A stretch of DNA of 64,000 bases from Alphaproteobacteria bacterium (GTDB lineage Bacteria > Pseudomonadota > Alphaproteobacteria > UBA7887), in contig CBDCGL010000011.1 of assembly GCA_965216755.1 (NCBI GenBank), positions 2,176,001 through 2,240,000 on the forward strand, given 5' to 3'. The notes under the pieces are model-generated. The model did no database searches and had not been told where the DNA came from. It saw nothing but the letters and a program-made list of their open reading frames with translations. A program made the translations under genes and the position numbers. The number at the start of each line of letters is the position of its first letter. The stretch's first letter is position 1. This document shows, in pieces, positions 57,819 to 64,000 of the stretch.

Positions 57819-58700
57819 ATGCAAAAGATTGCGCCGTCGCAACGCGGAGCAACCGTCGACGTCACCTTCGCCGACCACCGTTACACGCCGACCAAAACCG
57901 CCGGCGAGGAGAACTTTCCCGTCGGTTCGTGGCTGCTGCCGGCGCATCTGCGGCAACATGTCGCGACCTACTACGATTTCGCCCGCGCCATCGATGACAT
58001 CGCGGACGATCCCCACCGAGCGGCCGCCCAGAAGATTGCTGAGCTGGACGCCATGGAAGCCGTGTTGCGTGGGCGTGAGCCCGTCAATGACATGGAGGTC
58101 CGTGCGGCGCGATTGCACCGAAGCCTGACCGCGACACGGATTCCCATCGCCCATGGCACCGACCTGTGTATCGCTTTCCGGCGTGATGCCATCAAGCACC
58201 GATACAGCGACTGGGTTGATTTGATGCACTATTGCCGCTATTCGGCGGCCCCGGTGGGCCGTTACCTGCTCGATCTTCACGGCGAAAATCGTGATACATG
58301 GCCGGCCGCCGATGCCCTGTGCGCATCGCTGCAGGTGATCAATCACTTGCAGGATTGCCGGCAGGATTACCTGACCCTGGATCGGGTGTATCTGCCAAGC
58401 AACTGGATTCACGCCGCTGGCGCGCGTTTTGAGTCTCTGGCCGCAAAAGCCGTTACACCGGCCCTGCGCGCGGTTCTTGACCAGTGTCTCGACGGTGTCG
58501 ACGCATTGAACCGCGAAGCCGCGTCGCTGCCCGGTCTGATTCGCAATCGGCGCATGCGATTGGAAGCCGCCGTAATCGTCGACATCGCACACCGTCTGGC
58601 GAGATTGTTGCGCCGGCGCGACCCGCTCGCCGAACGTGTCAAGTTGGCAGCCATGCATAAAATATTGTGTCTGCTGGGTGGCCTGAGGCGATCCCTGTGA
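57819..58700 (+). CDS. hpnC: Squalene synthase HpnC (hydroxysqualene synthase)
   Basis: ENFPVGSWL, DDIADD, YCRYSAAPVGR, LQVINHLQD. Confidence 0.92.
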   Translation: MQKIAPSQRGATVDVTFADHRYTPTKTAGEENFPVGSWLLPAHLRQHVATYYDFARAIDDIADDPHRAAAQKIAELDAMEAVLRGREPVNDMEVRAARLHRSLTATRIPIAHGTDLCIAFRRDAIKHRYSDWVDLMHYCRYSAAPVGRYLLDLHGENRDTWPAADALCASLQVINHLQDCRQDYLTLDRVYLPSNWIHAAGARFESLAAKAVTPALRAVLDQCLDGVDALNREAASLPGLIRNRRMRLEAAVIVDIAHRLARLLRRRDPLAERVKLAAMHKILCLLGGLRRSL

Positions 58701-59569
58701 GCGCGGCCGAAATCACCGATCGCGAGGCCAATAGCCACGTCGAGACTATGGTGCGCCAGGCCGGCTCGTCGTTCTATTGGGGTATGCGGTTGCTGCCGCC
58801 AATGAAACAATCGGCGATGTACGCAATATACGCCTTTTGCCGCGCGGTCGACGATGTTGCCGATGAACCTGCCCCACAAACGGGCAAATTAGCGGCGCTA
58901 GACCGGTGGCGCCACGAGGTGGTGGCGATTTTCGATAATCGCCCGACGACGTTAATCGGCCGCGCCTTGGTCGACCCGGTGCGGCGTTTCAGCCTCGCGC
59001 AGCGCGATTTCAACGCGATCCTTGATGGTGTCGAGACCGACGCGCGCGGACCGGTCACCGCCCCGACGATGGCGGATCTGGAGACTTATTGCGCACGGGT
59101 CGCCGGTGCGGTGGGACTGCTATCCGTACGAGTCTTTGAATGCCGCCATCGCCTTGCCGACACCTTCGCCCTTGCCACCGGCCACGCCCTTCAATTGACA
59201 AACATTTTGCGCGACATTGATGAAGATGCCGAAGTCGGTCGACTTTATTTGCCGCGCGAATTGCTGCTGGCGGCAAATATCGATACAACAGTCCCCATCG
59301 AGGTGCGGCGTCATCCCAATCTTGGCCAAGCTTGTGCAGCCCTCGCCGCAATCGCAGAAAGGCGTTTCGACGAAGCCGATGAACTGCGCACAGCCATGCC
59401 AGCAACCGCGGCGGCGACTTTGCGGTCCGCGGTCATTATGACCGCCATGTATCGACGCATTCTGGGCCGCCTGTCGGCGCGCGGCTGGAACGCATTGGAG
59501 CAGCCGGTGCGCTTGGGCCGCGCTGAGAAACTATGGCTAGCGATCCGCCACGGCATGCTGCCCACCTGA
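58697..59569 (+). CDS. hpnD: Presqualene diphosphate synthase HpnD
   Basis: GSSFYWGMRLL, YAFCRAVDDVAD, NILRDIDED; GTGA overlap with hpnC. Confidence 0.92.
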   Translation: MSAAEITDREANSHVETMVRQAGSSFYWGMRLLPPMKQSAMYAIYAFCRAVDDVADEPAPQTGKLAALDRWRHEVVAIFDNRPTTLIGRALVDPVRRFSLAQRDFNAILDGVETDARGPVTAPTMADLETYCARVAGAVGLLSVRVFECRHRLADTFALATGHALQLTNILRDIDEDAEVGRLYLPRELLLAANIDTTVPIEVRRHPNLGQACAALAAIAERRFDEADELRTAMPATAAATLRSAVIMTAMYRRILGRLSARGWNALEQPVRLGRAEKLWLAIRHGMLPT

Positions 59570-59573
59570 TGAC

Positions 59574-60920
59574 ATGACCGGCACTGTTCATATCGTCGGC
59601 GCGGGATTGGCTGGCTTGGCCGCCGGCGTTGAATTGACCGACAAGGGTGTCGACGTGGTTGTCTACGAGGCTGCGGGCCACGCCGGCGGCCGTTGCCGAT
59701 CGCTTTATGACCGCACACTCGGCGCAATGATTGACAATGGCAATCATCTGATCATGGCCGGCAACCGGGCCACGTTTCGTTACCTAGAGGCAATCGGCGC
59801 AAGTGACAGGTTTACCACCGTGGCACCAGCGCGCTTTCCGTTTCTTGACCTGGAGACCGGGGAACGCTGGACCGTTCGCCCCAACCAGGGCCCTATTCCG
59901 TGGTGGATGTTTTCGCCCAGTGGCCGCATTCCCGGCACCAAAGCTGTCGATTATTTGAGGGCGGCGCGGCTGCCAATCGCGCATCGTCACGCAACGGTGG
60001 CTGAAGTGTTGGGCGCCGCAAGAACCTTGTACAAACGATTGTGGGAACCGCTGGCAACCGCAGCCCTGAACACGGACCCGAGCGAAGCCGCCGCGCGTCT
60101 ATTATGGCCAGTTGTGGCTGAAACATTTTTGCGGGGCGAGGCATTTTGTCGCCCCTATGTGGCGACCGACGGTCTATCGCATGCCCTGATCGATCCCGCG
60201 CTCGCCAAGATCGGCGCCGGCCGTGTGCGATTCGGCCATCGGTTGCGTGGGCTTGACCGTGACGGGGCACGCGTGACGGGTCTGGCCTTCGGCCGCGACG
60301 ATGTCGCGCTGGGCAGCCAGGATAGCCTGGTCTTGGCGCTGCCGCCCGCGGCGACCAAGGCTCTATTGCCCGATATCGAAGTACCGGGTGAGAGCCGCAC
60401 CATTGTCAATGCCCACTTCCGACTTGACCACGCCCCGTTGTTGCCGGATCAGTCGCCCTTGATGGGCTTGATCGGGGGTGTCGCGCAATGGCTGTTTGTG
60501 CGCGGCCGAATGGTGTCCGTAACCGTCAGCGCTGCCGATTCCTTGGCCGCTCAGACCAGCGAGACCATTGCAACGGTTTTGTGGCGCGACGTTGCGCGCG
60601 CCTTGGCCCTGGACGAAAGTAGACCATCGCCCAGTCGCGTGATCAACGAGCGTCGCGCGACAATCGCGCAAACACCGGTCGAAAATCAGCGCCGACCATC
60701 CAGCGAAACACGTTTCGCCAATCTTTTTCTCGCTGGCGACTGGATCGATACCGGCCTGCCGGCAACCATCGAAAGCGCCGTCCGCGCCGGCCAACATGCC
60801 GCAGCGTTGGCACAGACCTACCGCCGGCCGTTAGCGGTCGGTTTGGCCCGCCGCGAAATATTGCCGGTTGCCGACAACGCGGCCGCCGCCGATCGCGGCC
60901 CCAAAAAAGCCATACATTAG
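59574..60920 (+). CDS. hpnE: Hydroxysqualene dehydroxylase HpnE (FAD-dependent)
   Basis: GAGLAGL, GGRCRS, IDNGNHL, LAGDW..TGLPATIE. Confidence 0.92.
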   Translation: MTGTVHIVGAGLAGLAAGVELTDKGVDVVVYEAAGHAGGRCRSLYDRTLGAMIDNGNHLIMAGNRATFRYLEAIGASDRFTTVAPARFPFLDLETGERWTVRPNQGPIPWWMFSPSGRIPGTKAVDYLRAARLPIAHRHATVAEVLGAARTLYKRLWEPLATAALNTDPSEAAARLLWPVVAETFLRGEAFCRPYVATDGLSHALIDPALAKIGAGRVRFGHRLRGLDRDGARVTGLAFGRDDVALGSQDSLVLALPPAATKALLPDIEVPGESRTIVNAHFRLDHAPLLPDQSPLMGLIGGVAQWLFVRGRMVSVTVSAADSLAAQTSETIATVLWRDVARALALDESRPSPSRVINERRATIAQTPVENQRRPSSETRFANLFLAGDWIDTGLPATIESAVRAGQHAAALAQTYRRPLAVGLARREILPVADNAAAADRGPKKAIH

Positions 60921-61135
60921 GCTAACTATAGCCACCACCAGTTGCACAAATGACACGGAATCAACAGCTTCACTGATGGTCTTCGCTGCGATCCATTAAA
61001 CCAAATTGAAACAAAGGGTTTTTGCCGTTAGGTTTTTTGATTTGCGACGTGTGACGAAATGCATCAATGGGCCCGCGCCGTGTCGGCGGCGCGGTGGCAT
61101 GAACGGGCTGAGTTCAGCCCCTGGGGAGACGAGCA

Positions 61136-63058
61136 ATTAGCACAAAAGACGAACCAACGTTGCTCGACCAGGTGACGTGGCCCAAGGATCTGCGGCAACT
61201 GCCAGAGTCCGACTTGCGCCGTGTGGCGGACGAACTGCGGCAAGAGGTCATTGAAGTCGTCTCGCATACCGGTGGCCATCTCGGCGCGGGGCTCGGTGTT
61301 GTCGAGCTCACCGTCGCGCTCCATTATGTGTTCGATACGCCCCGTGATCGCTTGATTTGGGACGTCGGCCATCAAGCCTATCCTCACAAGATCCTTACCG
61401 GTCGACGCAGCCGCATGCGGACTTTGCGTCAGCCTGGTGGTTTGTCCGGTTTCACCAAACGCAGCGAAAGCGTCTACGACCCGTTTGGCGCGGCGCATTC
61501 ATCGACATCGATTTCCTCCGGTCTTGGCATGGCCGTCGCGCGGGACTTGGACAAGGGCGACAATCGGGTCGTCGCGGTGATTGGCGACGGCGCCATGAGT
61601 GCCGGCATGGCCTACGAGGCCATGAACAATGCTGGAACAATGAACAGCCGACTGATCGTTGTTTTGAACGACAATGATATGTCAATCGCGCCACCTGTCG
61701 GCGCGATGAGCGCCTATTTGTCGCGGCTCATATCGTCACATTCCTATCGCAGCCTGCGCTATGTGGCGGCGCTCGTCGCGCGCAAGTTTCCACGCCCAAT
61801 GGAACAAGCGTTCAAGCGCGCTGAGGAATATGCGCGCGGCATGGTGACCGGCGGGACTCTGTTTGAGGAGCTGGGTTTCTATTATGTCGGTCCGATCGAT
61901 GGCCACAATCTCGATCATTTGCTGCCAATCCTGAAGAACATACGGGACGAGCCGGCTGGCGGCCCGGTGCTCTTGCACGTCGTAACCCGCAAGGGTCACG
62001 GCTACTCGCCGGCCGAAGCCTCAGCCGACAAGTTTCACGGCGTCAGCAAATTTGACGTGGTCACCGGCGCGCAAGCGAAGAAAAAGGGCAACGCCCCCAG
62101 TTATACCTCGGTCTTTGCCAAGGCACTGATCGAGGAAGCCAGACATGACGACAAGATCGTGGCGATCTCCGCGGCCATGCCATCAGGCACGGGCATCGAC
62201 AAATTTGCCGACATATTTCCGGACCGGGCCTTCGACGTCGGGATTGCCGAGCAACACGCGGTCACTTTTGCCGCGGGGCTTGCCACAGAAGGCTACAAGC
62301 CGTTCGCGGCGATCTATTCGACTTTTCTGCAGCGCGGCTATGATCAGGTTGTCCATGACGTGGCCATCCAGGAATTGCCGGTGCGTTTCGCCATTGATCG
62401 GGCCGGCTTGGTCGGCGCTGACGGTCCGACCCACGCCGGGTCGTTTGACATCACTTGTCTGTCGGCCTTGCCCGGATTCGTCGTCATGGCTGCGGCGGAC
62501 GAGGCCGAACTCATGCATATGATCGCGACCGCCGCGCAGATCGATGATCGCCCCAGTGCCGTGCGCTATCCGCGCGGCGAGGGCTCGGGCGTCGATTTGC
62601 CCGAACGCGGTACTCCTTTGGAGATTGGCAAGGGCCGTGTTCTGCGCGAGGGCACGACGGTCGCCATCCTGTCGTTAGGCGCGCGATTGGGTGAATGCAT
62701 AAGGGCCGCCGACGACTTGGCCGCGCGCGGTCTGTCAACGACCGTGGCCGATGCCCGTTTTGCAAAACCCTTGGACACGGCTTTGCTCAGGCGCCTGGCG
62801 GCCAATCACGAAGTGCTCGTAACGATTGAAGAAGGCGCCGTGGGCGGTTTCGCGGCCCATGTTCTGACCTATTTGGCCAAAGAAGGGCTGCTCGACCGCG
62901 GCTTGAAAATTCGGCCGATGATGTTGCCCGATCGCTTCATTGATCACGGCACGCCGGCCGGAATGTACGAGGAGGCCGCGTTGACCGCCGCTGATATCGT
63001 CTCGACCGCTATGGCCGCCTTGGCGCGTGGTTCCGATCTCGCGGCCGAGCTGGCCTAG
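61136..63058 (+). CDS. dxs: 1-deoxy-D-xylulose-5-phosphate synthase
   Basis: [32 protein letters not shown]...[16 protein letters not shown]; start ATT 61136 or TTG 61160. Confidence 0.95.
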   Translation: MSTKDEPTLLDQVTWPKDLRQLPESDLRRVADELRQEVIEVVSHTGGHLGAGLGVVELTVALHYVFDTPRDRLIWDVGHQAYPHKILTGRRSRMRTLRQPGGLSGFTKRSESVYDPFGAAHSSTSISSGLGMAVARDLDKGDNRVVAVIGDGAMSAGMAYEAMNNAGTMNSRLIVVLNDNDMSIAPPVGAMSAYLSRLISSHSYRSLRYVAALVARKFPRPMEQAFKRAEEYARGMVTGGTLFEELGFYYVGPIDGHNLDHLLPILKNIRDEPAGGPVLLHVVTRKGHGYSPAEASADKFHGVSKFDVVTGAQAKKKGNAPSYTSVFAKALIEEARHDDKIVAISAAMPSGTGIDKFADIFPDRAFDVGIAEQHAVTFAAGLATEGYKPFAAIYSTFLQRGYDQVVHDVAIQELPVRFAIDRAGLVGADGPTHAGSFDITCLSALPGFVVMAAADEAELMHMIATAAQIDDRPSAVRYPRGEGSGVDLPERGTPLEIGKGRVLREGTTVAILSLGARLGECIRAADDLAARGLSTTVADARFAKPLDTALLRRLAANHEVLVTIEEGAVGGFAAHVLTYLAKEGLLDRGLKIRPMMLPDRFIDHGTPAGMYEEAALTAADIVSTAMAALARGSDLAAELA

Positions 63059-63075
63059 CGGTTGGACAGGGCGGG

Positions 63076-64000
63076 ATGAGGAGCACCGCGGCACCCAGGC
63101 TCAGTCCCGAAACGCCGTTCGATCTTGATGATCGGCTGGATCAAGTCATCGAGTCGTCGCGAACCGCGGTGCTGGCGGAACAACGTCCGGACGGGCATTG
63201 GGTCTTTCCGCTGGAAGCGGATTGTACGATACCAGCCGAATATATTCTGCTCGGCCACTATTTGAACGAGATCAACCCGACCACAGACACAAAATTGGCC
63301 GCCTATATTCGCGCGCGCCAACGAACTGACGGCGGTTGGCCATTGTTCCACGATGGCGACACGGATCTAAGCTGCACGGTCAAAGCGTATTACGCATTGA
63401 AATTGGCCGGCGACCCGGCGGATGCGCCCCATATGCGCAGGGCCCGCGACATTGTCTTGGCCCATGGCGGCGCGGCCCGGAGCAATGTCTTCACGCGCAC
63501 GACCTTGGCTCTGTTTGGACAGGTGCCATGGCATGCTGTGCCCATGATGCCAGTCGAAATCATGCTGCTGCCACGATGGTTTCCGTTTCATCTGACCAAA
63601 GTGTCTTATTGGTCGCGTACGGTGATTGCACCGCTTCTGATCCTGATGGCCCTGCGCCCGCAAGCGCGCAATCCACAGGCCGTGGGGATCAGCGAGCTGT
63701 TCCTGACGCCACCCGATCAGGAACGCCATTTTTTCGCCGATCGCGGCCCGATTGAACGGGCGTTTCGTCTGCTCGACCGTGTATTGCGGTGGCTCGACCC
63801 CATCATGCCGCGCCAGTTGCGGCGGCGCGCCATCGCGCGTGCCGTGGCATTCACAAGTGAACGGCTCAATGGCGATGACGGGCTTGGCGCCATATTTCCG
63901 GCGATGGCCAATGCTCTGATGGCGTTCGATGCGCTCGGCCATGACAACCACCGCGACCGGCGCGATTTGTGCCGGGCCGCGATCGACAAATTGCTCGTGT
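63076..64000 (+). CDS. shc: Squalene-hopene cyclase (HpnF), 3'-truncated by the window end
   Basis: Manual translation from ATG 63076 gives QRPDGHWVFPLEADCTIPAEY, SNVFTR, VPMMPVEIMLLP, SYWSRTVIAPL, GLGAIFPAM; missing from the ORF track because there is no stop in the window. Confidence 0.95.
   Translation, partial: MRSTAAPRLSPETPFDLDDRLDQVIESSRTAVLAEQRPDGHWVFPLEADCTIPAEYILLGHYLNEINPTTDTKLAAYIRARQRTDGGWPLFHDGDTDLSCTVKAYYALKLAGDPADAPHMRRARDIVLAHGGAARSNVFTRTTLALFGQVPWHAVPMMPVEIMLLPRWFPFHLTKVSYWSRTVIAPLLILMALRPQARNPQAVGISELFLTPPDQERHFFADRGPIERAFRLLDRVLRWLDPIMPRQLRRRAIARAVAFTSERLNGDDGLGAIFPAMANALMAFDALGHDNHRDRRDLCRAAIDKLLV

Noticed and set aside
57508-58128. 206-aa ORF spanning the sRNA candidate and the start of hpnC
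   Set aside because: It runs through an intrinsic terminator and overlaps hpnC out of frame.
63336-63989. Short ORFs listed at the window end
   Set aside because: They are shadows of the open shc frame that starts at 63076.
1-64000. CRISPR array, tRNA/rRNA, transposase, integrase or prophage
   Set aside because: No regularly spaced direct repeats, cloverleaf or rRNA signatures, or recombinase motifs were seen by eye; a tRNAscan/cmscan run would be the proper check.

Overview
GC-rich chromosomal DNA; gene content and order suggest an alphaproteobacterium, probably Rhodospirillales-like (inference). It is densely coding, with about 55 credible genes. In order: (1) a glycosylation/tailoring operon (SAM-MTase, TPR-GT41, paralogous SAM-MTase, TPR-GT9-like, FkbM, 2OG-Fe(II) oxygenase); (2) minus-strand GST, hydrolase, hypothetical, crotonase, MMPL and TetR genes; (3) a partner-switching module (GAF-PP2C, RsbW-like kinase, STAS) co-oriented and closely spaced with an MlaE-MlaF-MCE-PqiC transporter, with no sigma factor in the window; (4) TetR divergent from cytochrome P460; (5) an MCP; (6) decarboxylase, LMW-PTP and fructosamine kinase divergent from alkA; (7) two tandem MFP-RND pairs; (8) acuI, Fe-ADH, amidohydrolase, sugar-acid dehydratase and 2-hydroxyacid dehydrogenase; (9) a receiver, an MscS-like protein, hydrolases, kappa-GST and a peptide ABC operon; (10) a Sel1 pseudo-protease, a candidate C-rich sRNA and the hopanoid cluster hpnCDE-dxs-shc (shc runs off the window and is absent from the ORF track). 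Strongest leads: the putative phosphorylation-switched MCE transporter, and a 273-bp RPE-like palindromic element in two full copies that conserve base-pairing rather than sequence. No tRNA, rRNA, CRISPR array or transposase was recognised. All calls come from motif reading and hand alignment; no database searches were run.
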